From: a virus
DNA length: 64,000 nucleotides
Strand: one strand, 5' to 3'
IMG/VR virus record: IMGVR_UViG_3300043395_000996
Span: 32,001-96,000 of that record
Every line of letters starts with the position of its first letter. Position 1 is the first letter of the stretch. The notes beneath the pieces were generated by a model that saw only the letters and a list, made by a program, of their open reading frames with translations, was not told where the DNA came from and did not search any database. Made by a program: the position numbers and the translations under genes. Of this stretch, positions 11,356 to 21,882 are shown in pieces.

Positions 11356-11748
11356 TTATGATAATAATTTTATTAACTTTGTAAAAGTATCATCCGGTAA
11401 ATTAGATGTATCCAAATCTATATAAAATTTAATTGGTACTTCATAATCCAATATAAATTGATTTTCATTACCTCTCATTTTTTTAGTATGACAATAAATT
11501 TCTACAACTTTACATTCCGATTTAAGTTGCTCTCGTATACTTTTATTAGGAAATACTGATGTTAATATAACATCGTTTCCGCAACTATCCAAATATTTTG
11601 CTACTTCAATTGGATAATCGGTTTGCCCTTCATCGATATGGAATACGGATTTTCGCCAATTTTTTTTATCGGTTTGTAACCAAAATTGTAACTTTTTTCC
11701 TAATGTAGTTTTCCCACTACCAGGTTGACCTGTAAATAGGTAAATCAT
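11356..11748 (-). CDS. Short adenylylsulfate-kinase-like P-loop kinase
   Basis: LFTGQPGSGKTT; FHIDE; VEIY..T; DYEVP; 130 aa. Confidence 0.65.
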   Translation of the reverse strand: MIYLFTGQPGSGKTTLGKKLQFWLQTDKKNWRKSVFHIDEGQTDYPIEVAKYLDSCGNDVILTSVFPNKSIREQLKSECKVVEIYCHTKKMRGNENQFILDYEVPIKFYIDLDTSNLPDDTFTKLIKLLS

Positions 11749-11751
11749 AAC

Positions 11752-12591
11752 TTATTTCTTTTTTAATGCGAATTGTGCTGCTTTATATGCTTTTGAATCT
11801 TTATCGTAATGTAATGCTGATTTTAATTTAATCATTTTACCCGTATCTGGGTTTTTTATTGTTTTTTCTAAATCTTTTGGTAATAAAGATTTTAAACTCA
11901 TATCATTTCCTTTAGATGATGTAGGTTTTGTAGCTTCTTTTCCTTTTGGTTGTTGCTTCATATCATCTTTTTGCTTTGGTGGTTGCGGAATTTCGTGCTG
12001 AACGTGTTTTACTTTTAAAGATATGTTTGGATATTTTTTAGAAAGTGCTTTTACTGCCGTTACATTCTTATGAGAATCATCTATGAAAAATACATCGGTT
12101 ACACCATCTTTAATTTTACCTTCAATCCAATTTGCTTTATCTTGTGGGTCATTTGATGCCAATGCTACTACATATAATTTATCCAATCCAATATCAGACA
12201 AATATTGTTTGATTGGTTTATAAGCCGCTCTTGCTGTTAGAATTACTATTTGAGAACCTCCTACTCTTACTATGTTTTTAAGTAATCTCGTAACACCTTT
12301 AATTTCTTGTGGTTGCTTTACCTTTTCAAAATCAGAAAAATCAAATTGGTCATCTTCTTTTGGTTCATATATTGCATATTCTCCTGGAGTTAATTTTGAT
12401 TTTTTACCATCTTTATGTGTAATGTATATATGGGAATTAGTTTTAACTAATGTATCATCGAAATCAAATACTCTTAATTTTTTAGCTTCAGCTTCATCAA
12501 TAGGTTTAAACGCACTGGCAAATGGATTGGAATATACTTTTCCAAATTCCACTTTCATACCATTCCAATTACCTATTTCTTTTAATCTCAT
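11752..12591 (-). CDS. HAD-superfamily phosphatase with charged C-terminal extension
   Basis: VFDFDDTL, ILTAR, FFIDDSHKN. Confidence 0.75.
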   Translation of the reverse strand: MRLKEIGNWNGMKVEFGKVYSNPFASAFKPIDEAEAKKLRVFDFDDTLVKTNSHIYITHKDGKKSKLTPGEYAIYEPKEDDQFDFSDFEKVKQPQEIKGVTRLLKNIVRVGGSQIVILTARAAYKPIKQYLSDIGLDKLYVVALASNDPQDKANWIEGKIKDGVTDVFFIDDSHKNVTAVKALSKKYPNISLKVKHVQHEIPQPPKQKDDMKQQPKGKEATKPTSSKGNDMSLKSLLPKDLEKTIKNPDTGKMIKLKSALHYDKDSKAYKAAQFALKKK

Positions 12592-13218
12592 TTATTTTCC
12601 ACTTAAATAGTGAGAAAGATATCCACTCAATCTACCATTGAATATTTGGAAATGCTCCCACTCATCTTTAGTTAGGGTTTTTTTCTTTTTAACATAATCC
12701 ATTCCTAATGTTCCAATGTATTTACCTTCTACACAAAATATAGGTAATATGTAAGTAGATTTATTACCACCCGCATCCATAGAACCACTTAATCCGGTTT
12801 CTTTTTCAATATCCGAACCTCTTTCATCAATGAAAATTGATTTATGTTTCAACATATATTCAAATGCTTTTGGATAAAGTGAGCATGGAATATTAGAATA
12901 TATATGTGCTATGTTAGATACGCCAGGTTTTGCAGTTTCGTAAAATACTGAAAACTTTTGTATTGATTTGCCCGTTGGATAGAAATTTCCACCATTATGG
13001 AATTGAGATACCCAAACTCTATCGGCATTGAATTCTTCTTGTATTTGTTCTAAAATTTTATTGATTTCTTGCGTTTCTCTCAAACCCTCTGCTATGGGGT
13101 CTAATTTACTTTGCTTTCTTTTAGAATAATATTTTTCTATTAATAAATAAAATACAGGTCCTACTACTCCTGTAATAAATGCTGCTATTAACTCCATATA
13201 TCTAACAGGTATTTCCAT
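12592..13218 (-). CDS. Putative T4 gpT-like holin (one TM helix plus GAF-like domain)
   Basis: Hydrophobic LIAAFITGVVGPVFYLLI, then ADRVWVSQFHNG and YIGTLGMDY GAF-type strands. Confidence 0.5.
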   Translation of the reverse strand: MEIPVRYMELIAAFITGVVGPVFYLLIEKYYSKRKQSKLDPIAEGLRETQEINKILEQIQEEFNADRVWVSQFHNGGNFYPTGKSIQKFSVFYETAKPGVSNIAHIYSNIPCSLYPKAFEYMLKHKSIFIDERGSDIEKETGLSGSMDAGGNKSTYILPIFCVEGKYIGTLGMDYVKKKKTLTKDEWEHFQIFNGRLSGYLSHYLSGK

Positions 13219-13601
13219 TATTTCTCACCATCCAATTTATGGAAACCGGTGTTTGCTTGGTTAATAAAATTTTGTGCTTGTGAAATGTGGTCCTGAATCC
13301 AACCGGGTAAATTCATTTCTTGCTCTCCTACTTTACCTTTAAGTTCGGTAGCATTTCTGATGATATCATCCAATTGACCATTTGCCATTCCAACTTCGTG
13401 GTCAGTCGTTTCTGGACCTTCATTCATTGTATTCTTATGCTTCAACAATTCTGTCATTTTGTTGAATACTTGCTCTCCACCATCTTCGCCTAAACGATAT
13501 GCTCCACCCAACTTCTCATATATTTTAATTTTATGAGACATTGGTAATGATTTTTCTGCAAGCTTTTTCCAAATTTTAGGATGAGTTACTTCAAACTTCA
13601 T
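13218..13601 (-). CDS. Hypothetical protein, possibly virion-associated
   Basis: 127-aa ORF with DHEVGMANGQL...LPGWIQDHISQA module. Confidence 0.65.
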   Translation of the reverse strand: MKFEVTHPKIWKKLAEKSLPMSHKIKIYEKLGGAYRLGEDGGEQVFNKMTELLKHKNTMNEGPETTDHEVGMANGQLDDIIRNATELKGKVGEQEMNLPGWIQDHISQAQNFINQANTGFHKLDGEK

Positions 13602-13609
13602 ATTATGCT

Positions 13610-14266
13610 TTATTTACCATTTAATATATGATATAAATATAAGAAAAAATATTCATGTCCCATTTTATTGAAATGTTTATCGGAATTATTTACCCAAAAT
13701 GATGGATTTTTTTCAATAAGTGATTCCATTATACTGAATTCATCATTATATTTAATAAAATTATTTTTAAATTTATTATATAAATGTTGTTCAAATTGAA
13801 ATATACTAAACTGATTCGTTTTGTCTTTATTGTAATTATCTATACACCATATGTAAAATTGTATATTTTTTGTTTTCAAATATTCACATATGAATTCTAT
13901 TTTTATAAAATCTTGTGCAATATATTCATCTAAATTCAATGCTTTATATTTAAAAAAATCCATTTCTATTTTTGAAAATCTAGTATCATATCCCAATGCA
14001 ACTGTGGTATTTTTGAAAACATCTAATACTCTATTAAAAAATCCGATTTCAAATATAACAATATCATTCGATTTTATACAATCATACTCTTTAAAGAATT
14101 TATTAATTATTTCACCATTACTAGCGCCAATCAAAGAATGATTTATTAAATTAAATTTTAATTTGTTTGATAATAATACAGGCCAACTATCATCTATTAA
14201 CACAGAATCATCCGTACTATAATTAGTTGACATTGAATCTCCAAAAATTATTAAATTATTTTCCAT
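13610..14266 (-). CDS. SGNH/GDSL-like hydrolase-fold protein
   Basis: IFGDSMS, NHSLIGASN, SDKHFN. Confidence 0.75.
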   Translation of the reverse strand: MENNLIIFGDSMSTNYSTDDSVLIDDSWPVLLSNKLKFNLINHSLIGASNGEIINKFFKEYDCIKSNDIVIFEIGFFNRVLDVFKNTTVALGYDTRFSKIEMDFFKYKALNLDEYIAQDFIKIEFICEYLKTKNIQFYIWCIDNYNKDKTNQFSIFQFEQHLYNKFKNNFIKYNDEFSIMESLIEKNPSFWVNNSDKHFNKMGHEYFFLYLYHILNGK

Positions 14267-15149
14267 TTATAAAATAATTAATTTCATTTTGCCAGTTTGA
14301 ATGGGCAATTTGCTTAAATTCTTCCTTTCTATCTTTAATTGATAAGAAACTTTTAATTGTTTCATTTGCTCTATTTTTATGATTCTCACCAACTATTAAA
14401 TTTTCTAAAATAAATTGTCTAACAACTTCACCTCTTTGTTTCATTATAGAACTACAAGCCATTACATAAGTATCTTCCAATCCATAATGTCCAAATGATT
14501 CCGGTACACCAACTCTATTTAGTAAATCTTTTGATATCAATGTAAACCAACCACCTGCGAATTTGAATTCATTTATTTCAGTAACATTGATTTGTTCTAA
14601 TTGTGGTAAACCTTCGTCATAGATATCACATTCTAAATGATAGTTTATTGGTTTATTTAAATAATTTTTATTAGTAACCACATCCCAAGTATTATCCCAC
14701 TGCTTTACAAATTGTGGAGTTACTACAAACATATCAATACCTTCTGATTTTAACATTTGATATGCCGATGTTGCATAATATAATGTGGTATCTTTAAATA
14801 CAATATCAGTATCTAACCAAATAAAGAAATCAGCATCTGGATTGTTTTGCAAACTATATCTTCTTTGAGAAACACATCCTAATATTTTAGATTCAGTTTC
14901 AATTCTTAATTCAAATTTACACCAATCTAAATATTTGTTACATAATTCACCACTTCTTTGCCATATATAATCTCTTGATAATGCTGATTTATTCCAATCG
15001 GTTAATTCATCCGATAAACACATAGTAATTTCTACTTTATATTCTATGGATTTATCTGTGAATGCCGAATTTCTTTTTAATTTTTCTAATGTTTGTGCCA
15101 AATCCTCAATCTCTTGTGGTAAAGCAAATATACTAATTATACCTTTCAT
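14256..15149 (-). CDS. Putative GT-A-fold glycosyltransferase
   Basis: FIWLDTD DxD motif; YGLEDT; lies in the GT cluster. Confidence 0.55.
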   Translation of the reverse strand: MKGIISIFALPQEIEDLAQTLEKLKRNSAFTDKSIEYKVEITMCLSDELTDWNKSALSRDYIWQRSGELCNKYLDWCKFELRIETESKILGCVSQRRYSLQNNPDADFFIWLDTDIVFKDTTLYYATSAYQMLKSEGIDMFVVTPQFVKQWDNTWDVVTNKNYLNKPINYHLECDIYDEGLPQLEQINVTEINEFKFAGGWFTLISKDLLNRVGVPESFGHYGLEDTYVMACSSIMKQRGEVVRQFILENLIVGENHKNRANETIKSFLSIKDRKEEFKQIAHSNWQNEINYFINGK

Positions 15150-15900
15150 TAATATCGTTATTTATATCTTTATCTCTATCATATTGATGTACTATTGTAT
15201 AATCTCTTAAATCGTACTTTTCTAACGGATACGATGTGATTAAATTTGGATTAGTTAGCGTTCCAACTTGCAATGTCCATTTTGTTTCTAAACCTTCTAT
15301 TTGAATTTTATCTTTAACTAAACTATTATGTATGATGAAGTTAAATGAACTTTGGTCAGTATAGTGTTGTGTGTTGCCAGCTTGAGAAACTAAATAGTTT
15401 AATAATAATAATTCTAACATAGAATCATATTTACCTGCCAATACACCAACATTACAACTTACTTCTTCCTTATATCTATCTAAAAATAATTCATTGTATC
15501 CTTCTAATATGTTTTTCACGCCCCATGGCTCATTTTTATATAAAACATTTTCTGATGATACTAAAATTTCTTTCTTTAAGTTTTTTTCCAAATATTCAGA
15601 TGGATTTTTCTGAAATACTACATCTCTTACATCGGTTGTAATTACATAACGATATTGCTTATCCAATCCTTTTAGAGTTGCGTAAATATCAATCAATCGA
15701 TTCATATGTGGGTGTCCGTTTAACTGACCTTCCAATATTATCCAATTGTGATTAATCAAATAATTAATTGTTTCGGTTGAAATGTTGTAACAAATCATTA
15801 TCTTATCACCATCGAATCCACATTTATCTATGGATTCTACATACAATTTGATTTTATCTTCTGTATAGTTTGCTATTGCTGATATAATTACATCTTTCAT
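15133..15900 (-). CDS. Putative nucleotide-diphospho-sugar transferase
   Basis: VITTDVRDVVFQ, NVGVLAG, DQSSFN, IVHQYDR; start moved to MKDVII. Confidence 0.65.
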   Translation of the reverse strand: MKDVIISAIANYTEDKIKLYVESIDKCGFDGDKIMICYNISTETINYLINHNWIILEGQLNGHPHMNRLIDIYATLKGLDKQYRYVITTDVRDVVFQKNPSEYLEKNLKKEILVSSENVLYKNEPWGVKNILEGYNELFLDRYKEEVSCNVGVLAGKYDSMLELLLLNYLVSQAGNTQHYTDQSSFNFIIHNSLVKDKIQIEGLETKWTLQVGTLTNPNLITSYPLEKYDLRDYTIVHQYDRDKDINNDINERYN

Positions 15901-16634
15901 TTTCCGTATTTTTTCCAATCGTTGTGTTTAAATAAACCTTCACCATGTGCTACTCCATAATTTTGTTGTGCCCACCATTTACTGATATTTCCTTCTAATC
16001 CAATACCTTCGCCTGCAAATGGTTTAACTATATCTAAATAAAATTGTTTTCTATATAAACAGGGATTGTTTGTCCAATTACCATATCTAGAACTTGCTAA
16101 AAAATATTCACCAAATTTTTCTATTTGCTCTGGGAAAGATTCTTTAGGATTACACCAATGAACAGAATCCAAAAGATGTGGCGATGTACATTCTATTTCA
16201 TCATCGTAATATTCTAATTCTCTACCTTGATACTTAAATGAAAAATGAGGATGACCTGGTTCTCTCCTATGTCTATATCTAACTACATCTACACTACCAT
16301 TCAATAATTCTATGCCCGATTGTAATCGTTCATAGGTGGTTTCTTTATCTTCAATTAGATTCCAATCATGCTCTAATACCAATACATAATCAGATTGTGC
16401 ATTTTCGGTTAATCGAATGAATCCTTGCCCAATGCCTATATTTTTAGATTCTCCAATAAAATCTAAATTAAAGTGCTTTGCTATCTCATAATCTTGGTGT
16501 GAGAATTCCTGAAATAGAATTGTAGTATCATTGACCATATCAAACAACCCATTGTTGTGATATGTTTCTAATGTATCTACCAATACCTGTCCACTATTCC
16601 ATGCAAGTATTCCAATACTAATTGGTAGTTTCAT
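15897..16634 (-). CDS. GT2-like glycosyltransferase
   Basis: ISIGILAWN, NIGIGQG, YVLVLEHDW. Confidence 0.65.
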   Translation of the reverse strand: MKLPISIGILAWNSGQVLVDTLETYHNNGLFDMVNDTTILFQEFSHQDYEIAKHFNLDFIGESKNIGIGQGFIRLTENAQSDYVLVLEHDWNLIEDKETTYERLQSGIELLNGSVDVVRYRHRREPGHPHFSFKYQGRELEYYDDEIECTSPHLLDSVHWCNPKESFPEQIEKFGEYFLASSRYGNWTNNPCLYRKQFYLDIVKPFAGEGIGLEGNISKWWAQQNYGVAHGEGLFKHNDWKKYGK

Positions 16635-16797
16635 CTTTTATAATTTGAATTAATTTGTTTATATCTTCGGATGCATAGTAAGTTGTATCATTTCTATGAA
16701 TCCCATCGAAAAATCTATTGTATTCGCTTCTATTAATTGCATACCATAGTTTTTCAAAATCATTGTACCAAAAAAGCCAATCGTAAAGTGCGTCCAT
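16618..16797 (-). CDS. Hypothetical protein, 59 aa
   Basis: Hand-translated: MDALYDWLFWYNDFEKLWYAINR...; fills the intergenic gap. Confidence 0.55.
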   Translation of the reverse strand: MDALYDWLFWYNDFEKLWYAINRSEYNRFFDGIHRNDTTYYASEDINKLIQIIKDETTN

Positions 16798-16801
16798 TTT
16801 G

Positions 16802-17671
16802 TTATTTTTTAAAGTTATTAAATACTTCTATCAATCCATCCACTCGTTGCTTTTGTGTATGATTTGCCACAACTTTTAACATACCATTATATGCAATTCT
16901 TTCTCTCTCGTTTTCGTTTTCATTGTAATAGTTCATTTTTTCTATACAATCAAACATATCATCATAATAAACTATATCTTCACCATCTATAAACAAATCT
17001 CTTAACCCCGTCTCCGGTGGTAGATTATCTGTTAAAACCATTTTACCACAAGCCATTCCTTCGAAAATTCTACGAGTGATTTCTTTCCATCTACTATTCT
17101 GAACTACCATCAATCCACTATTTAAAAATTCAGTATGCTCTTTTGCGTTCATACCATTTTGATTACCAACAGCTCCTTCTGCCCAATTTGTAAGATAATC
17201 TAAAAATTCAGAACCACCTCTGCCTCTACTCGTAACTGCTACATACTTTGCTTCTAAATTCATTGGAAACTGAACTGCTGTGTCTGCCCAATGCGGTATC
17301 CAATCACAATTGATTCCCATACTCTTATACTTTTCGGCAGATTGCTTATCGGGTGTTATTGTATAATGAAATCTATTTGCTTTTGGAGAATTCCTATGAA
17401 AGTTTTGTGGGTCATCTCCACTTTCTTGTATCCAAAATGAATTTGGTTTATGTGCTTTATCTAACAATGGTGAATCAAATCTACCCCAATCCATAAAAAT
17501 TATAATATCAGGCTCTTCGTTTGATTCTATAAATTTTTTCAATTCAGAATCGCCATTTGCTATTGATACAATATTAACATCCCACTCTCTCACAATAAAT
17601 TCATTAACCAAAGACATTGGCGTTGACCAACTTTCGTTTGGTTTATAATCATATATAAAGGTTACTTTCAT
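16802..17671 (-). CDS. GT-B glycosyltransferase (CgeB / Glyco_trans_1_2-like)
   Basis: ITRRIFEGMACGKMVLTD; FIDGEDIVYY. Confidence 0.8.
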   Translation of the reverse strand: MKVTFIYDYKPNESWSTPMSLVNEFIVREWDVNIVSIANGDSELKKFIESNEEPDIIIFMDWGRFDSPLLDKAHKPNSFWIQESGDDPQNFHRNSPKANRFHYTITPDKQSAEKYKSMGINCDWIPHWADTAVQFPMNLEAKYVAVTSRGRGGSEFLDYLTNWAEGAVGNQNGMNAKEHTEFLNSGLMVVQNSRWKEITRRIFEGMACGKMVLTDNLPPETGLRDLFIDGEDIVYYDDMFDCIEKMNYYNENENERERIAYNGMLKVVANHTQKQRVDGLIEVFNNFKK

Positions 17672-18330
17672 ATTATATAATCTTCTTTTTTAAATTCAAT
17701 TTCATATAAGTTTTTTTGAGAAACGTTATATGCGGAATATGGTTTCCAATTATCTCCCGATGAAATAAGCTTTTCAGCGTTAAATCTATTTTTCTTTTTG
17801 AAATTATTATACTTTATGGTTTTTATGTAATCAGCTTTTGACCACCAAAAATTGCCTGAATATATAATTCCAAATCCACTCACATTTTGATAAAATACAC
17901 CATATGTATTATAATCGGTTTTATCAAAAATATCAAAAACATTTTCAACTCGTTCTATGTTATAGAAATTCATAACATTTCTCCAAGTCTTTATGTTATT
18001 TATTTTGGAATCATCTTTTTTAGATGCTCCTTTAGTGTGAAGATACAAAATATAATCAGAATTTCCAAATTTATTGATATCTTTTTCAATTAAATCCAAT
18101 GTAACAAATTCGTTATCATTTGCTCTAATATCTCTAATACGATAATTTGGTTTATCAAATGTATAAAATCTATCAATTATATTTGATGTTGATGTATTAT
18201 CATTAGCAATAGAAATCCCCACATTTAAAATGTAGGGAAATTTGAAGTTATCTTCTATTAATTTTATTTGTTCATCTATGATATCTTCAACACCTTCTAT
18301 GGAATATATGTGATAATATATGTGAATCAT
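17668..18330 (-). CDS. Glycosyltransferase-like hypothetical protein
   Basis: ILYLHTKG and YSGNFWWSK motifs; lies in the GT cluster. Confidence 0.5.
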   Translation of the reverse strand: MIHIYYHIYSIEGVEDIIDEQIKLIEDNFKFPYILNVGISIANDNTSTSNIIDRFYTFDKPNYRIRDIRANDNEFVTLDLIEKDINKFGNSDYILYLHTKGASKKDDSKINNIKTWRNVMNFYNIERVENVFDIFDKTDYNTYGVFYQNVSGFGIIYSGNFWWSKADYIKTIKYNNFKKKNRFNAEKLISSGDNWKPYSAYNVSQKNLYEIEFKKEDYII

Positions 18331-18953
18331 TATAATGTATCGTAATAGTTATTTTGCTTTTCTTGTCTTTCAATTCCTTTTGGATGTTTGATACAATAAA
18401 TTTCATCCATTGGAAAATTTGTATATGATTGGAATCCACTAATTCTTTCGTGAACTTTACCACTCCAACCAATCTTATCTGAATTTTTGTAAATACGAGT
18501 CTGAACATCTGGGAAGTTTATCCAACCTCTTTCATTAACCTTCCATCCCCATTTTTGAATATGTGCTTCGGTTAATCCTTCAACTGTATTAATACGAGGA
18601 ACTAATATAAGGTCTTTATCAGTATTAGCTTCTAAAAGAGCTTCCATATTTACAATTAAATCCGGCATAAGATATTCATCGGCATCTAATTGAAAAATCC
18701 ATTCACCTTTACATTGTGAGTTTAACAGGTTTTTCCATTGTGCAAAATCATTATCGAATTCCGATTCAATCAATGTAATGTGGTCTGCATTAGCTTGAAG
18801 TTCTAAATACTCTATCAATTCGGTAGGAGCTTTTGGAGTATCCAATAAAACTACGATTTCTGAATTTTCTTCTTTGTAGTTTAATAATTGATTTACCAAT
18901 CGAATCGTTTCTTCGACTTCATTACAAGCCGTTATTGCGTAGCTTAATTTCAT
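18330..18953 (-). CDS. GT2 glycosyltransferase
   Basis: SYAITACNE, WIFQLDADE, WSGKVHE. Confidence 0.88.
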   Translation of the reverse strand: MKLSYAITACNEVEETIRLVNQLLNYKEENSEIVVLLDTPKAPTELIEYLELQANADHITLIESEFDNDFAQWKNLLNSQCKGEWIFQLDADEYLMPDLIVNMEALLEANTDKDLILVPRINTVEGLTEAHIQKWGWKVNERGWINFPDVQTRIYKNSDKIGWSGKVHERISGFQSYTNFPMDEIYCIKHPKGIERQEKQNNYYDTL

Positions 18954-19785
18954 CTATATAACTTTTTAATTTATCAGTTGGTTGCCATCCTAATCTTTCG
19001 ATGGCATCGTTATTAATTCTTAATGTTTCTCTATAATTGCCCTTCACATCATCTACATATTGTATAGGATGTGGTGCAAACATTCCCGCAACTTCATTTA
19101 GGGAATAATTTTTGCCAGTTCCTAATTCCCACGCATCTTCATGCTTTTCATCGCTTTCAGCTATTCTGATTAATCCATCTACAATATCATCTATGTGAGT
19201 AAAATCTCTTCTTTGTTTACCATCTCCGTGAATTTTGATAGGAGTACCATTTTTTACAGCTGCTCTCCACAATCCAATTACAGCGGCCATATGCGAATCA
19301 ACCAATTCTCCTTCACCATATACATTGTAAAATCTAACTATCTCCGCATTTAATCCATAAACATTTTTATACATTTTTATCCATTCTTCACCCATATGTT
19401 TACTCATAGCGTATGGTGATAACATTGGATTATGATGACGAGATGATGAACCGGCGTAAATCAATTTACAATTGTTTTTATAAGCGTATTCAACCACCTG
19501 TCTAGTACCATTTACATTAACTGAATATGTTAATTCAGGTCTTTTGAAAGATGGTTGTATTCTACTTAATGCTGCTAAATGGAATATGTAATCATAATCT
19601 TTATTTTTAATATTATCTATTCCTCTAACATCTCCACCCAAAAAATTAACAAATGGGTGAACTTTAGCTTCTTTACCAATGAATAGGTTATCTATAACAT
19701 CGATATCATAATTTTTTTTAAGTAATGCTTTAGATAGTGCATATCCTACGAATCCTGCTCCACCTGTAACTAATACTCTCTTCAT
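18922..19785 (-). CDS. NAD-dependent sugar epimerase/dehydratase (extended SDR)
   Basis: VTGGAGFVG, YAMSK (YxxxK), RFYNVYG, RDFTHIDD. Confidence 0.93.
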   Translation of the reverse strand: MKRVLVTGGAGFVGYALSKALLKKNYDIDVIDNLFIGKEAKVHPFVNFLGGDVRGIDNIKNKDYDYIFHLAALSRIQPSFKRPELTYSVNVNGTRQVVEYAYKNNCKLIYAGSSSRHHNPMLSPYAMSKHMGEEWIKMYKNVYGLNAEIVRFYNVYGEGELVDSHMAAVIGLWRAAVKNGTPIKIHGDGKQRRDFTHIDDIVDGLIRIAESDEKHEDAWELGTGKNYSLNEVAGMFAPHPIQYVDDVKGNYRETLRINNDAIERLGWQPTDKLKSYIDEIKLRNNGL

Positions 19786-20180
19786 TAATCTTCGTTATGA
19801 TGTTTTACAATTTCATCCTCACCGCCGGTTGTATATGGTGGTCTATATGTGCTATTTGTATAGTGCCAACTACCACTCATTACATTTGCATATGATGTTG
19901 TGCTTGAATCAAATAACAAAGACTTTCCGCTAGTTCCAACTGCTGAACCACTACCACAAGTTATTTTGTATGGATTATCCATTGGGTTAGGATAATGAGG
20001 CCATTGCCAATTTGGAGTTGTATTAGGGATTCCTATGCCTGGTCCAATTGGTGTACCAATTAAATCATTTACTTCTGCCAATTTATCTTTTAGTGCATCC
20101 CATTGTTTTGGTGTGGGTGCGTATTCGTGGCAGGCTTCTACAAAACCTTTAAGCCATATAACATATTCTTTTGAAGTCAT
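19785..20180 (-). CDS. Hypothetical protein
   Basis: 131-aa ORF; TAATG coupling to the epimerase. Confidence 0.6.
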   Translation of the reverse strand: MTSKEYVIWLKGFVEACHEYAPTPKQWDALKDKLAEVNDLIGTPIGPGIGIPNTTPNWQWPHYPNPMDNPYKITCGSGSAVGTSGKSLLFDSSTTSYANVMSGSWHYTNSTYRPPYTTGGEDEIVKHHNED

Positions 20181-20182
20181 AA

Positions 20183-20614
20183 TTATTTTTGTTTAGGAGT
20201 TATTTGAGTTTCATCCATCTCCAATGCTATTATTCTACCAAATCCACTTAATTTATAAGTTCTATAAGCATCGTTTTTTATAATAGGTACTGATGAAACT
20301 ACTTTTGAATAAAAATTCTTTGCTCCACCTTTTAATTCAATAGAGCCATCATCTTCATTTGTAAATTTTCCAAAAAATCTCTTAATCAATTGGGGATGTA
20401 TCGTTGAAACTTTTATAGCATGAACTATATCTTTTGCTCTCGATACAAACAATGTATAAATTATAGGAGAATTATTCATTGGATAATTTCCTTTAGTTCC
20501 ATCCACATATTCATATTCTCTTATCAAATAAAATCTACCCCTTTGCATTTTAGCCGGGGTAGATATTTTTGATTCATCTATAAATCTACGATATAGTGGA
20601 TTATAGTTACTCAT
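20183..20614 (-). CDS. Hypothetical protein, possibly a distant T4 gp2-like DNA end protector
   Basis: GRFY...PIIY...AYRTY layout is only loosely reminiscent of gp2. Confidence 0.35.
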   Translation of the reverse strand: MSNYNPLYRRFIDESKISTPAKMQRGRFYLIREYEYVDGTKGNYPMNNSPIIYTLFVSRAKDIVHAIKVSTIHPQLIKRFFGKFTNEDDGSIELKGGAKNFYSKVVSSVPIIKNDAYRTYKLSGFGRIIALEMDETQITPKQK

Positions 20615-21882
20615 TATTTATTTAACATTTTCAATTTAGGTAACTGAAGTTGTTGAAACTTTGGTTGTATCTTATCATAAATACCATAATGATTTAAAAT
20701 CACATCAAACGCTTTGGTCATTTTTTCTAAACTAAAGTTTTGTTTGTTTTGCTTTCCTAATTGAAATGCTTCTGCTTTGTATTTATCATAATTTTTATAA
20801 ACATCTTTAATAGTTTGCAATGCTTTTGTAATGTTTACATTGAACCATTGTGATTCTTTTAATAAGAATTGGTCTGCTGCCGATTCGTGTACATTTTTCA
20901 ATTCACCTTCCAACAATACTGCTCCACTCTTTAAGAAGTCCAAATGCCCACTCCAATTAGAAACAATTACAGGTTTACCTGTCAAACTGAATTCTAATAA
21001 AGGTCTACCAAAACCTTCACCTTTTGTAAAATTTAACATTGCTTTTACTTTCGGATGTTCGTATAATCCATTCATTTGTGATGGAGTTAAATCGCCATGT
21101 AATAAATAAACGGGCACCTTACCATAATCAGCTCCTAAACATTGTCTGATTCTCGATACCATTGCTTCTCTATCCAAAACACTAAATGCTGCTGATGATG
21201 TTTTTAAAATCAATGCTGGCTTTTTCTTTTCATCTTTGAAAGCCATTGCATATGTTTTAATCATACTTCCAATGTTCTTTCTATCTTCTCCCAAATTACC
21301 CTTTAACCAATGCCCTACAAATAAGAAAGCAAAATCTTCTTTAATTTCATCTAATTCTGAAATGTTAGCAACTACATCAGTTCCAAAATCATTTTCATCA
21401 AATCCTTCAAACAAAACCTCAACAGGTTTTTGAATACGATATTGGCGAACTATTTGTTTAGTATTATTATCTTGCTCATTATAAACAGTATCAACTAAAG
21501 TTTTTTTAGCGTGCTCCGATGGAACGATTAACAAATCCATTCTATTACATCCGTGAATCCAATCCAATGCACAATGTGTTGTTTCAATACCAGCCGTAAT
21601 ACCAATATTATAAAATCCTAAAGGTTGGAATTCGTTTGGAACTGTAATCTGAATGTAAATATCCGGCTTATCGGCTACATTTGGAATGATGCTATCAATA
21701 ATCCATTTATGAAATTCATTATCATAATTCAGTGCATCCATTGGAGTAGAACCCCAACGAGTACTGATTACTTTAATATCGAATTTATCTAATTTATATA
21801 AGGAATGCAACAAATCTCTAGCGTGGTCGCCATACCCACTTCTCGTTGCTACTGGCGCTTGAAATACTAATGTTGGTTTCAT
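20614..21882 (-). CDS. GT4-like glycosyltransferase
   Basis: RSGYGDHAR, EGFGRPLLE, IVSNWSGHLDF. Confidence 0.85.
   Translation of the reverse strand: MKPTLVFQAPVATRSGYGDHARDLLHSLYKLDKFDIKVISTRWGSTPMDALNYDNEFHKWIIDSIIPNVADKPDIYIQITVPNEFQPLGFYNIGITAGIETTHCALDWIHGCNRMDLLIVPSEHAKKTLVDTVYNEQDNNTKQIVRQYRIQKPVEVLFEGFDENDFGTDVVANISELDEIKEDFAFLFVGHWLKGNLGEDRKNIGSMIKTYAMAFKDEKKKPALILKTSSAAFSVLDREAMVSRIRQCLGADYGKVPVYLLHGDLTPSQMNGLYEHPKVKAMLNFTKGEGFGRPLLEFSLTGKPVIVSNWSGHLDFLKSGAVLLEGELKNVHESAADQFLLKESQWFNVNITKALQTIKDVYKNYDKYKAEAFQLGKQNKQNFSLEKMTKAFDVILNHYGIYDKIQPKFQQLQLPKLKMLNK

Noticed and set aside
11752-12591. HAD protein as the GmhB heptose phosphatase
   Set aside because: Motif is DFDDTL rather than DRDGT, the GmhB Zn-loop cysteines are absent, and it carries virion-type tags
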